This document shows positions 25,724 through 36,172 of a stretch of 53,646 nt of DNA, in pieces; the first letter of the stretch is position 1, and every line of letters starts with the position of its first letter. Position numbers and translations under genes: made by a program. The DNA comes from a virus (lineage: Duplodnaviria; Caudoviricetes): positions 1 through 53,646 of the IMG/VR virus record IMGVR_UViG_3300033004_000003; one strand, written 5' to 3'. Under the pieces are notes generated by a model that made no database searches, had not been told where the DNA came from, and worked only from the letters and a program-made list of their open reading frames with translations.

Positions 25724-28700
25724 TGGGCAAAGGTTCAAGCACGACTACCAGCAAGACGACGCCAGCCCCGCAAGCAGAAGCGATGGGCAACCAGGCATGG
25801 AGCGCGGCGCAGTCTGCGGCGTCTAATCCATACCAATATTACCCAGGCCAGCTTGTCGCCAATCTCAACCCCGACCAGATGCAGGCGTTTAATACCGTCG
25901 CGCAGTCTCAGGGTATTGCAAATCCGTATATCAATGCAGCGTCTCAGCTAACCAGCTCCGCTTCCCAACCAATTGGCGCGTCTCAGATCAATCAGTACAT
26001 GAACCCGTATATCGGGGATGTCGTTGGTACAACCGCCGCCGAGATTAACCAAAACAACGCCATTCAACAGAACCAGCTACAAGGCAACGCAGCGGCACTT
26101 GGCGCCCTCGGCGGCAACCGCGTGGGCATCGCACAGGCGGCGCTCGCCAACCAGCAGGCAATGGCGGAAAATCAGACTTTATCAGGACTGTATCAGGGCG
26201 GATACAATACCGCGTTGCAGGCCGCGCAGACACAGAACGCGCAGCAGCTACAGGGCGCTTACGAATACGCCAACCTTGGTACTGAGGCGCAGACAGCGGC
26301 GCTTACCGGCGCGAACGCTCAAATCCAGACGGGCGGCATCGAGCAGCAACAGCAACAGAACATCCTGAACCAAGCCTATTCGCAGTGGCTTGGAGCGCAG
26401 CAATACCCGTTTCAGACTGGCCAGTATCTCACGAATACGGCGGGTACACTGGCGGGGCTGTACGGTGGGACATCGTCCACGACAATTCCGGCGCCGTCTA
26501 CGTTCTCGCAGATTGTGGGTGGTTTGACTGGCGTTGCTGGTATCGTCGGCGCTGCGCGCGGCTCCAAAGTCGGTGGACGGATTAATAATGATCTCGGCGG
26601 CTTGGATGGATATGACAGCGGCGGGTTTGTCGGGCCTACTCAATTCGCAGGGCCAGAAGCGCCTCCGCCCTATGATCCAAATAAAAACGTTGAGGCTAAA
26701 GCGTTTGGCGGACGTATTGGCTATGACGATGGTGGATTTGTTGGCCCTACGCATTTCTCTGGTCCGCAAGCTCCACCGCCGTATAACCCCAATAAAAATG
26801 TTGAGATGAAAGCCGATGGCGGACGCATTGGCTACGATGGCGGCGGCGGTATCCCGTACCAAATTGGCGGCATACAGGCTCAAGACCTAACTGGGATGTC
26901 CCATCCTGTTGGATATGTATCAAGCGCTGGCACGGCTGGCGCTACACACTTTGCTGGTCCGCAGGCTCCGCAAGGGTACGATCCGAACAAAAATGTAGAT
27001 CAATCTTCCGGTTTGTCGAAGCAACAAGTGACAGATTTGGGAAGCCTATATGAAGGCGCAAAAAATTACATCAATGGAGCATACGGCCCGACGATGGGGG
27101 GAGGCATAGGAGGCGGGACCAGCGATGCAGCCATGGTTGCTCATCAAGGAGGCCAAAAATCAGGAGGTCGTGTAGGTCGCGCATCTGGCGGTCAATCGGG
27201 CAATACGCCTTCCACGGGCGGCTTGTCTGGCCTTACCGCGTCTCTGTCTAACCCGACCATGACAGAGGGGCAGCAGATTGAGAACTACCAATTCCTGTCG
27301 CCAATGATATCAACAGGCCGCGCGCCGGAAGTAGGGCAGCAGCAGCAACAGCAGCAAGAAAGCCCGCTGCAAGAGGAACAAGCCGAGGAACAAACGCTCG
27401 CCTCTATGGCTGGCCATGCTCATGGCGGACGTGCTGCAAAGGCTGGCGGTGGAAGTCTAGGCGCGCTGCCTACGCCGCAATATGTAGGCACTGGCCCCGC
27501 ACAAACGGCCCCGCAGCCGACAAGCACGGCGGGAACGCAACCCACGTCTTGGGGCAATGTGCAGATGCCATCTGCGCCGATGCTGGCGGCTCCTCAAGGC
27601 GCTGCGCCGGGCACGGGACAACTGCCAGCACTCGGCGGACAAGCTGCGCAGAATTTTGCGGCCAGTTACACCGGCTCGCAAGACCCATACGCGGCATACA
27701 TACAGAGCCTTACCGGCGCCAATCCGTCCGCTGGCAACCGTGCGCCGGGAGTGAACGCGACGACTGCATCAGCAACACCCGCAACCACGGTATCTCCCGG
27801 TTTGGCGGCGCTACTCAAGTCTTGGGGGGTTAATGCATCGGGCATGAAGTCTGGCGGTCGCGCTGGCTATGACGTGGGTGGCGATGTAGCGAATACGCCG
27901 CAAGATTTGGGCAGCACTGCCACGCCAGCCCCAGTTACTGCAACGCCAATTCCGGGCGTGTCGCCAGACTACGTTGCCCGCGTAAACCACATCGAGAGCG
28001 GCGGAAATCCTGCCGCGACTAGCTCGACCTCTACAGCTTCCGGCTTGGGGCAGATTACCGTCCCGACTGCTAAAGCGCTCGCCCCCAGTTTGGCTGGACT
28101 AAGTGACCAGCAGGTGCAGAAGATGGTCCAGCAGCCCGCTGTATCCAACGATCTAACTGCGGAGCTTGCCAAGAAAAACGCCGCATATCTCACGGCAAAT
28201 AATCTGCCTGCCAATGACGGAACTGTTTACCTCGCCCACAATTTCGGTGCAGGCGGGGCCAAGGCATTGCTGACTGCTGATCCGAATACACCAGTTGAAA
28301 ACGTGCTGCCGAAAGAGGACATTACGGCAAATCCCGATCTGGAAGGCAAGACAGTCGGACAAGTCATTGCCAGCCGTTATGCCGAAGTTGGCGCGAAAGT
28401 TGCTCAAAACACCGCCCAGCAGCCGAACTACGGTGGGAACCAGACCGCGACGGACACAAGTCCACTGCCTCCCATCGGTGGAGATCAGGGGCTTGCCACA
28501 TATCAGCAACAGGCTGGAAACGCTCAATACAACTTGACGCAGCCGCAACAGACTGAGGTTGACAAGTTTGCTAATTCGCCGTGGATGGCGCTGGCACAGG
28601 CTGGGCTTGCCACTATGGCCGGAACATCGCCGTTTGCGGGGGTGAACATCGGTGCTGGTGGTCTGGCGGGGCTGCAATATCTGCAAAGCACGCAGGGCCA

Positions 28701-29931
28701 AGAGCGCGCCAATGCTGGGTTGCTTGCGAATATCCAGCAGAACCAAGCAGAATTGCAGCAGCGTGGCCTTGGGCAAGTTTTGCAGGGCGTGCAGGCTGGA
28801 CAGAATGAGCAGCAAATCCGCGCCAATCTCGAGCAAACGATTATCAACGCAAATCCTAATTACACTCAGGCTCAGGTTGCAGCGGAAGCACAGAACCTTA
28901 TCAACGCCGTCACAAATCAGAGCGGCTCTCTTGGCTACAATCCGCCTGTCCAGGGACCGCAGATGCCTCCTGGCATTGTTCAGGGCGGCAATGTCACGCC
29001 GGCCACTCCTGCACCGGTTGTTACGCCACAGCCTGCCGCGCCTGCTCCTGCGCCGCAAACGACAACGGGCGCGGTAGGGCCTGCCCCGCAAGCTCCGCAA
29101 CAGCCATATGTTGCCGCTACGCCGCAATTCGCGCAATCCGCAACGGGCATGCCTCCGGTTGGCGCGGCGACGATCGACACGTCTGCGCCGTCTCCGATCG
29201 GCAACGGGACGCTGCCGCTTGCACAGGCGTACCAGAAGGCTCAACAGATGAGCATTGTCCCGCAGCTAAACACTGCGGCACAGTCTTTTTATTCTCGCAT
29301 GGAACCTCTGATGAACCGTCAGGGCGCCGTCGAGTTGCAGAAACAGGGCAACGCAGCCGCGCAGCAGATGCAGAACATGGATGAACTGGCGGCAGAGGCG
29401 GCTCAAATTCATACCGGACCGGTGACGGGGCAGTTCGTCGCTCATGCGGTTCAGGCTTATGAGGATATTTCTAGCGCTTTTGGATTGCCGATTGACCAGT
29501 CAATCACCGCAAGCTCTGACGCAAGCCAAGTTCTGCCGAAGCTCTCCGCAAACCTGTTGGCCACTATCGGGCGCATGGGGTCTGACGTAGGTGGCGCTGA
29601 AACGCTACGTATGATGGGGCCGGCTGTTCCGACGTCCGCAAACACCGTGTCAGGCATCCCGAAACTAGTGCAAGTTTACAATACCATGAGCCAGCGAACC
29701 ATGGCGCTCGGCAACTATGTTAATGCTGCAGTGTCTCAAAATACGATGACTTACGCGCAGGCTATCGGCGCCTTCAACCAGCAATATCCGCCCGCAATGT
29801 GGGCATCGCACGTTACGCCATTGGCGTTACCTGACAATGTTGCCGCGTTGAAGCCTGGTTTCGCTTACCAAGCGAACGGCAATTATGCTATATGGAATGG
29901 GCAGAGCTTCCAACCCATGAGCGGACAATAA
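25723..29931 (+). CDS. Internal virion/DNA-ejection protein with lysozyme-like (SLT) domain
   Basis: MGKGSSTTTS start; YMNPY...ALGGNR; HIESGGNP...ASGLGQIT...YLAHNFGAGGA muramidase motifs; about 12 GG motifs. Confidence 0.8.
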   Translation: MGKGSSTTTSKTTPAPQAEAMGNQAWSAAQSAASNPYQYYPGQLVANLNPDQMQAFNTVAQSQGIANPYINAASQLTSSASQPIGASQINQYMNPYIGDVVGTTAAEINQNNAIQQNQLQGNAAALGALGGNRVGIAQAALANQQAMAENQTLSGLYQGGYNTALQAAQTQNAQQLQGAYEYANLGTEAQTAALTGANAQIQTGGIEQQQQQNILNQAYSQWLGAQQYPFQTGQYLTNTAGTLAGLYGGTSSTTIPAPSTFSQIVGGLTGVAGIVGAARGSKVGGRINNDLGGLDGYDSGGFVGPTQFAGPEAPPPYDPNKNVEAKAFGGRIGYDDGGFVGPTHFSGPQAPPPYNPNKNVEMKADGGRIGYDGGGGIPYQIGGIQAQDLTGMSHPVGYVSSAGTAGATHFAGPQAPQGYDPNKNVDQSSGLSKQQVTDLGSLYEGAKNYINGAYGPTMGGGIGGGTSDAAMVAHQGGQKSGGRVGRASGGQSGNTPSTGGLSGLTASLSNPTMTEGQQIENYQFLSPMISTGRAPEVGQQQQQQQESPLQEEQAEEQTLASMAGHAHGGRAAKAGGGSLGALPTPQYVGTGPAQTAPQPTSTAGTQPTSWGNVQMPSAPMLAAPQGAAPGTGQLPALGGQAAQNFAASYTGSQDPYAAYIQSLTGANPSAGNRAPGVNATTASATPATTVSPGLAALLKSWGVNASGMKSGGRAGYDVGGDVANTPQDLGSTATPAPVTATPIPGVSPDYVARVNHIESGGNPAATSSTSTASGLGQITVPTAKALAPSLAGLSDQQVQKMVQQPAVSNDLTAELAKKNAAYLTANNLPANDGTVYLAHNFGAGGAKALLTADPNTPVENVLPKEDITANPDLEGKTVGQVIASRYAEVGAKVAQNTAQQPNYGGNQTATDTSPLPPIGGDQGLATYQQQAGNAQYNLTQPQQTEVDKFANSPWMALAQAGLATMAGTSPFAGVNIGAGGLAGLQYLQSTQGQERANAGLLANIQQNQAELQQRGLGQVLQGVQAGQNEQQIRANLEQTIINANPNYTQAQVAAEAQNLINAVTNQSGSLGYNPPVQGPQMPPGIVQGGNVTPATPAPVVTPQPAAPAPAPQTTTGAVGPAPQAPQQPYVAATPQFAQSATGMPPVGAATIDTSAPSPIGNGTLPLAQAYQKAQQMSIVPQLNTAAQSFYSRMEPLMNRQGAVELQKQGNAAAQQMQNMDELAAEAAQIHTGPVTGQFVAHAVQAYEDISSAFGLPIDQSITASSDASQVLPKLSANLLATIGRMGSDVGGAETLRMMGPAVPTSANTVSGIPKLVQVYNTMSQRTMALGNYVNAAVSQNTMTYAQAIGAFNQQYPPAMWASHVTPLALPDNVAALKPGFAYQANGNYAIWNGQSFQPMSGQ

Positions 29932-32900
29932 ATGCCACTCGACCAGTCCGTCTTGTCGCAATTTAGCCAGGTAGCCACGCCACTTCCTGGCGGAAATACG
30001 CCTGCACAGACGCCGCAACAACTATTTAATGCCCCGCAGCCACAGCAACAAGGTGCGCCGATTTCGTCGGTCATGGGGCAATTCCAGAAGGCCGCGCAGC
30101 CGTTACCGGGGACGTCTGCCCCAGATGATCAGCAACCAACAGGACCGCCGCAACGGGGTGGATTTTTTCGCAACGTGGCTGCTGGAGTTCTTGGAGTTCC
30201 GCAGGAAATCGCGGATGTCGGCAAGACGTTTTATGAACGCACTTTTAATCCTGAATATCAGCCGACATTGCCGACTTCTGCTGGACAGAAAGAATATGCT
30301 TCTCGCGGGGCTAATGTAAGGTACGGATTTACGCCAAATTCCACGCCCCTAACTCCGGTGCCGGAAGCTAACATTCCGGGCGTAACACCGTTTATTCAAG
30401 GAACCACACAAAAAGGACCGATGGACTACGTTGGTCAAGGCATCGGGCAAATGCTGCCTATGGCTTTGGCGCCGGAAGCTGAGGCGGGATTGCTTGTACG
30501 TGGCGCCAAGGCTGCAGCGACTGGCGCAGCTAGTGGCTTAGGGTCAATAGCTGGAGGTGCTTTGGCGAGTGCCGTTGGCGCGCCTCGGCAAGCCGGCGAG
30601 TTCTGGGGCAGCCTAGTCGGCGGCTTCGGTGCGGCTGGCGCTGGTGCGCTGGCATCCAAGGCTGGTTTGGGAGCCCAGGGGCTTTCTGAGATCGCTCCGG
30701 TCACGCAAGGTATGCAGGAGCGCTATGCGGCCAGCAAAATACGCCAGTTTGGCGGTGAGAATATAGGCCAACAAGTGGAAGCGGCGCGTGGGACGCAGCC
30801 AATCGTTCCTGGCTCCATGCCTACTGCCGCGCAAGCCGCTCGCAGTCCTGAATTGGCAAGACTAGAGACGGCTCTGACAGAGAGCGGACAAGGCGTTTAT
30901 CTGCAAGAGGCGCAGGCGGCGCAAGGTGCAGCGCGTTCTGCGCATATCCAAGGCGCGCAATTTACACCCGAACAGGCCGAGGCGGCGCGTATTTCCGGCG
31001 TAGCGCCAACACCGGGAACGCCTAGCAATCTTAGCGAATATCTGACACAAGCCCGCGCCACGGATGAACAGAACTTGGCGTCTCCGATAGCGGTTGCAGA
31101 GCAATCGCGCGCTGCTGGAATCAATGAGCCGCTAATGGCAACGCCTGGCGCAAAACAACCCGCTCTGGCATCGGTTGCCAATGCTCCTGAGGCTTACCAG
31201 GCTGGCGCGGCATTGCGAGCGCCTATTAGTGCTGGAGATCAGACAAGGCAGATCGCCACGTCCAGGCTTTACAAGGCTTTGGATGAGCGAAATCCAGTTC
31301 TGAATATGGCGCCAATGGCTGATGCCACGGGCGCAATTCAGAAGAATATTGAAGAGGCAGGCCTACAAAACGTCTCTGGAGATGAGAAGAATATCTACCA
31401 GCGCGCCCAGGAAATGGGCCAATCCGATGGCGTGACGTGGAAAAAAGTTAATGGATTCCGAGCGGAACTGAACGACGCCGTAACTAGCTCTATAGACCCA
31501 AAAACTGGACGCTCTACCGCTTCAACTGCGCGACTTCAGGGGCTGAAGCGTGCTACTGACGACGCGATCAACACGGCAATTGACCGACACGTCGAACAAA
31601 ATCCGGACGTTTATCAAGCGCCTCTGGCGGAACAGGCGCGTTTGTGGAAGCAGGCAAAGACACAAGATGAACGACAAGCCGCAATCTCTGGACAAGGATC
31701 TACTGGAACTCCGCAGGGTAATCTTGCAACATACGGACAGCCTAGCGGAGCAGGCCGAGTTGGCGCAGCACCTGGAACAATGGGCGCGCAGCCGACAGGA
31801 CTTCCGAACGCTCCGGGCGCTGGCGGAATGGCGCAAAGAGGGGCCGAAGGCAGCATAAACCCAGAGTGGTCACAAGAGGACGTTGACAACTATCGCGAGG
31901 CTTTGAAGTCTCATGCCCAGCGCATGGGGCTGTATTGGAACAAGTACATATCGCCAATTCTAGCAACCGATCCGGGCGGAGATTTCCGTATGCCGGATGA
32001 GGCGGTCATTAAAGCTGCGCTGCCTGGTGGCGACAAATCTAGGCAAGCGGCGAAACTCATAAAGAGCATCGCAGCCGACAAGCCTAGCGTACTGGACGCA
32101 TACGGACAGGCGATGGCGCTAAGCCTGCGAAATGCCGCAGTGAAGGATGGCGTTAACGTCGATCAGAACGCGCTCAACCGATGGATGGAAAACCATTCAG
32201 GGATGCTTTCCGTGTTCCCAGAAGTGGCGCAGAAAGTGCGCAACATCAAAGGCGCACAGGATATGGTGGAGAAGGCAACTGCCGCACGAGAAGCGGGGCT
32301 TGAACAGTATAACCATCGCGCTATCCAAGGGATACTGAACGGAGACGATCCTGAAGTCGCCATGAAGACCGTGATGGGGGGCTCGCCAAGCGATGCCCGG
32401 AAATTTATGGCGACAATACAGAAAAATCCCGCCGCGATAGCCGGCGCTCGAGCTGCTGCGGCGAACAATCTTGTTGACCGTTTAGTTAAGAGCGGCGACA
32501 AGCCAGACGCGCGGATTGCGTCTCTTGAGGCGATCTTGCGCGATCCTAAGCAGCGCCAAAACATGGGGATTGTCCTAGGACCGCAAGCGGAGATAGCATT
32601 ACGTCGAGTGCTCGAGGATGAGCGCGCGACGAATAGCTACGCTTTGGCACGCGCCGCTAAAGCCGGGAGCCCAACCGCTTTCTATGGTGCAGCTAAGGAA
32701 GAATTGCAGCGCCCTACAACTTGGCTTGGAAGCATCCTTCATAGCATCAATCCGCTTGAGGCAATGGTTGGCGTTGGCGAAGCCGCGCCGTTTCCTGTCC
32801 GCGCTGCCGTTGGCGTGTTCGACAGCATTCTCAGAAACTTCTCGACAAATCGTGTACAAGCCGCGCAAAGATTTCTGGCCAAAACATTAACAAGCCCGGA

Positions 32901-33021
32901 AGCAACTGCCGCCGTGTTGCGGAAGTATTCGGATAAGCCCAGCGCCATTAAGCAGTTTACGCGCTCAATGGCTAAGATTATTCTCGCCCACCAAGCTCAA
33001 CCGCAAGGCCAGAACCAATGA
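29932..33021 (+). CDS. Large internal virion/ejection protein
   Basis: 1029 aa, Ala/Gln/Gly-rich helical, follows ejection protein. Confidence 0.7.
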   Translation: MPLDQSVLSQFSQVATPLPGGNTPAQTPQQLFNAPQPQQQGAPISSVMGQFQKAAQPLPGTSAPDDQQPTGPPQRGGFFRNVAAGVLGVPQEIADVGKTFYERTFNPEYQPTLPTSAGQKEYASRGANVRYGFTPNSTPLTPVPEANIPGVTPFIQGTTQKGPMDYVGQGIGQMLPMALAPEAEAGLLVRGAKAAATGAASGLGSIAGGALASAVGAPRQAGEFWGSLVGGFGAAGAGALASKAGLGAQGLSEIAPVTQGMQERYAASKIRQFGGENIGQQVEAARGTQPIVPGSMPTAAQAARSPELARLETALTESGQGVYLQEAQAAQGAARSAHIQGAQFTPEQAEAARISGVAPTPGTPSNLSEYLTQARATDEQNLASPIAVAEQSRAAGINEPLMATPGAKQPALASVANAPEAYQAGAALRAPISAGDQTRQIATSRLYKALDERNPVLNMAPMADATGAIQKNIEEAGLQNVSGDEKNIYQRAQEMGQSDGVTWKKVNGFRAELNDAVTSSIDPKTGRSTASTARLQGLKRATDDAINTAIDRHVEQNPDVYQAPLAEQARLWKQAKTQDERQAAISGQGSTGTPQGNLATYGQPSGAGRVGAAPGTMGAQPTGLPNAPGAGGMAQRGAEGSINPEWSQEDVDNYREALKSHAQRMGLYWNKYISPILATDPGGDFRMPDEAVIKAALPGGDKSRQAAKLIKSIAADKPSVLDAYGQAMALSLRNAAVKDGVNVDQNALNRWMENHSGMLSVFPEVAQKVRNIKGAQDMVEKATAAREAGLEQYNHRAIQGILNGDDPEVAMKTVMGGSPSDARKFMATIQKNPAAIAGARAAAANNLVDRLVKSGDKPDARIASLEAILRDPKQRQNMGIVLGPQAEIALRRVLEDERATNSYALARAAKAGSPTAFYGAAKEELQRPTTWLGSILHSINPLEAMVGVGEAAPFPVRAAVGVFDSILRNFSTNRVQAAQRFLAKTLTSPEATAAVLRKYSDKPSAIKQFTRSMAKIILAHQAQPQGQNQ

Positions 33022-33803
33022 CCACCACATTCACCCCAAACCGAAACTACTCCCTTCCCGGAACCGGCGATGACGTAAACTCATGGGGGCCGGTTATCAA
33101 CGCGAATTTTAGCGCGATTGATAGCAATATCTCTGCCCAGAATATTATAACCACGACTGGCGGAACTACGACGCTCACGACGGCACAGGGCGCTAATTTA
33201 TATTTCCCAATTACCGGCGCCCTCACGTCGAACGCAACAATCATATTCCCTGGCACTGCCACATTTTTCTTCGCGTCCAACCAAACCACAGGGACATATA
33301 CGACAACTTTGTCTGCCGCTGGCGGCGGGGCTAGTGTTGTTCTGCTCCAAGGAACTGCTGGCGTTTTCTGGACCGACGGCACGAATATATACCAAGTTGG
33401 CGGCGCTCCCGTAAATTCTATCCCATCTGGCACCATCATGGGTTCGTTCTTGCAGGCTAGCGCCCCTACGGGATGGGTTCAGATCAATACGTTCAACGAC
33501 CAGGTTATCCGTGTGGTTAATAACACTGGGACAGGTGGCGCGACGGGCGGCTCTTGGACCGTGAGCGGGTTTAACGACAATCCAATCGCGCTGACGATCG
33601 CGCAAATTCCATCGCATAATCATACGATTGAACTTAATATCAATGGGCATGTAGCGGCTGGCGGAAGCCTTGCTCCAGGTGAAAACACAGGGACATTTAC
33701 GACAGATAATACTGGCGGCGGCGGAACTCACAATCACGGCGTTTATAATGACGGCACTTGGAGGCCAAGTTTCGTGAACGCCATCGTTTGCCAGAAAAGC
33801 TAG
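33018..33803 (+). CDS. Tail fibre/collar-like protein (no signal peptide)
   Basis: SWGPVINANF..ID; IPSGTIM..F.QASAPTGW; LTIAQIPSHNH; GGGGTHNH. Confidence 0.8.
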   Translation: MTTTFTPNRNYSLPGTGDDVNSWGPVINANFSAIDSNISAQNIITTTGGTTTLTTAQGANLYFPITGALTSNATIIFPGTATFFFASNQTTGTYTTTLSAAGGGASVVLLQGTAGVFWTDGTNIYQVGGAPVNSIPSGTIMGSFLQASAPTGWVQINTFNDQVIRVVNNTGTGGATGGSWTVSGFNDNPIALTIAQIPSHNHTIELNINGHVAAGGSLAPGENTGTFTTDNTGGGGTHNHGVYNDGTWRPSFVNAIVCQKS

Positions 33804-33811
33804 GAGAAATC

Positions 33812-34135
33812 ATGGCATATCGAAACGCAAATAACTGCAAGAAATGCCCCAAAAATAACGGGCCTGATGGATGCCCTTGGTGGTGGGAATACACAGAAAC
33901 CAATGCAAGCGGCGAAACTCGTATCACGAAGGAATGCGGCATCGCGGCGCTGCCTAAATTTCTCGGTCACGTGCTGGCCGCGAGCAATCGCCCTGCTGCG
34001 GCCATAGAAAGCACACGAAACGCTTTAGTCGAAGCGCTAAACGGTGTAGGGCAGGTACTGGATAAGCGCATAGATCAATCGGTCGCAAAGCTGGCGCAAG
34101 ATAGCGTGGCGCTGATAGGAAAAGACAATGCGTAG
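33812..34135 (+). CDS. Cys-rich small protein, possible fibre assembly factor
   Basis: AGGAG RBS; CKKC...CPWW...ECGIAALP. Confidence 0.7.
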   Translation: MAYRNANNCKKCPKNNGPDGCPWWWEYTETNASGETRITKECGIAALPKFLGHVLAASNRPAAAIESTRNALVEALNGVGQVLDKRIDQSVAKLAQDSVALIGKDNA

Positions 34136-34595
34136 TTTATGGATCGCTGTATTTCTTCTGTTTGCGCCTATTGTCGCACATGCGCAATCCACGCCTAATC
34201 CCGTATCAACGTGGTGCGCGTCATCCGCCGCAGGTCCGTGGACGCCTTGCGTTGGTAGTGGAGGCGGCTCCCCGTCATCGCCATCTTACATCAAGCCCGG
34301 CACATATACTGAAGTACCTCTCGATATTGCTACAACCACATCAGCAAATGTTGCTGTTGCGGCTTTAAGTGCCGGGCATCGATCTGCCGGCGGGTGGATA
34401 CAAAATCCGCCAACGGCGACAACCGTCATCTGTGTGAATACGATCACCACAGCGGCTTTCTCCAGCGGTGCATGCATCGGCAGCAACAATGCGATTTCTC
34501 CGGGGCAGGTATTTAATATCCCGGCCAATGCAAATGCGGTCTCGGTTGTATCGTCTGATGCAACGCATCCGTTTAGCGGGGAAGGGTTGCAGTAA
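34128..34595 (+). CDS. Secreted-type small beta protein (signal peptide, 2 Cys pairs)
   Basis: MRSLWIAVFLLFAPIVAHA|Q. Confidence 0.8.
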   Translation: MRSLWIAVFLLFAPIVAHAQSTPNPVSTWCASSAAGPWTPCVGSGGGSPSSPSYIKPGTYTEVPLDIATTTSANVAVAALSAGHRSAGGWIQNPPTATTVICVNTITTAAFSSGACIGSNNAISPGQVFNIPANANAVSVVSSDATHPFSGEGLQ

Positions 34596-36172
34596 TGAAA
34601 AAGCTATTCACCACATTATTTCTGCTGTTGTGCGCCCCTACCTTCGCGCAAGTTCAGAACGCTGGCGGCTTCGGCCCTGGTCCAACTCCCGGCATCGCAG
34701 CCAATGGCGGCACCGGCAACAACATCACTCTGAACGGCACCACGAACATCACGGGCAGTGCCAGCAACGCCGTGACGCAGCCGCCTGTGGATAATACCGT
34801 CCGCATTGCCACCGATCAGTTTGTGCAGTCCCTATTCGCCGTCACGCGCTCTACCGTGTACCTCTCCGGCGTGACAGGCGGGACGCTGAGCTTTGCCTCC
34901 GTCGGCACCGGGGCGGCGTTCAGCTTCACCGCGACAGGCGGCGTTATTACGTCCATCGATTCCGTATACGCGGGCGGCTCCGGCTACAAAGTCGGCGACG
35001 TGCTGTATATACCGCGAGGCAACTATGACAACTATATCATGGTCACGGGGGTTTCCGGGACCGCGATCACGTCGGTCAAAATCCTCAATGGCGGCACCGG
35101 CAATACGAGCGGCCTCGACATTACCGCAATGGCGGCTATCGAAGCGCCGATTATCTACAATATATCCGGCACGCTTACTTCCAACCTCCAGGTCATCGCC
35201 TCTAACGGTGCGGTGCTTGGCTATTCCGGCATCTTCCTGCTCATCAACAATACCACGGGCAACTATACCGAGAGCGTTTGCATCAGCAACGGCTCTGACG
35301 CCTGCAACGGCAACGGCAGCGTGGTTATCCCCCAGGGCAGCGGGAATAGCTGCGCCACTCTGACATATACGGATGGCTCTACGCCCTGGCTGGTGTCTCC
35401 TACGGAGTGTGGCGCGGCGCAGTTTGCCTCGGTCAATCTTGGCTCCAACGTCTCCGCCGCTAACTGGTCCACCACAAGCCCGATGTTCAATGTCCCGGCC
35501 ACCACGCTCACGGATACCACGGGCAGCGGAACGATTGCACTGCGCGCGGCGGAGACGATTAATAACTGCACGTTTGCGGCGTCGAGCAGCGAGACGATCA
35601 CGAATGCGGCGTGTTTGTATGTAGGAAGTCCTGCCAACGGAACGAATGTAACGGAAACAAGCAGCTATTCCATTTATGCAACTGGAGCCATTGATACTAC
35701 AAGCAATTTGGTTGCTTCAGGTAACATACTCGGAAATAGCGTACAGGCTACCGGAAATAATTCCGTTGATGCTGGTATTAACAGGCCATCAAGTCACACA
35801 TTAGGATTTCAAACTAGCGCAACCTCAGCTGGTGTGATTGACGCAAACCAAAACTGGCGCATCGGCGGCGCCGGTACGCCTACCATATCCAGCGGCGCAT
35901 GCGGCACAGGCACCAATGGCAGTATCGCAGCAAATGGTAACAATCAGGGCTTTGAAGTTGATATCGGCTCTGCCGCCACAACTACCTGCACGATTACTTT
36001 TGCCAATTCTGGCTTTGTGACAGCGCCGCGAGAGGCACAACTTACCGCGCACAACGCCGCCGCCGCAGCGCAGGGCACAACGCTCGCCTATGTAAGCAGC
36101 CTCGGAACCACAACGATGGTGATTACCGGGAGCGCCCTAGCTAATGCCAATTATTATGTGCAGGTTCAATAA
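34595..36172 (+). CDS. Fibre-like protein with signal peptide
   Basis: MKKLFTTLFLLLCAPTFA|Q; DNTVRIATDQFVQ fibre motif; GGSGYKVGD. Confidence 0.8.
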   Translation: MKKLFTTLFLLLCAPTFAQVQNAGGFGPGPTPGIAANGGTGNNITLNGTTNITGSASNAVTQPPVDNTVRIATDQFVQSLFAVTRSTVYLSGVTGGTLSFASVGTGAAFSFTATGGVITSIDSVYAGGSGYKVGDVLYIPRGNYDNYIMVTGVSGTAITSVKILNGGTGNTSGLDITAMAAIEAPIIYNISGTLTSNLQVIASNGAVLGYSGIFLLINNTTGNYTESVCISNGSDACNGNGSVVIPQGSGNSCATLTYTDGSTPWLVSPTECGAAQFASVNLGSNVSAANWSTTSPMFNVPATTLTDTTGSGTIALRAAETINNCTFAASSSETITNAACLYVGSPANGTNVTETSSYSIYATGAIDTTSNLVASGNILGNSVQATGNNSVDAGINRPSSHTLGFQTSATSAGVIDANQNWRIGGAGTPTISSGACGTGTNGSIAANGNNQGFEVDIGSAATTTCTITFANSGFVTAPREAQLTAHNAAAAAQGTTLAYVSSLGTTTMVITGSALANANYYVQVQ

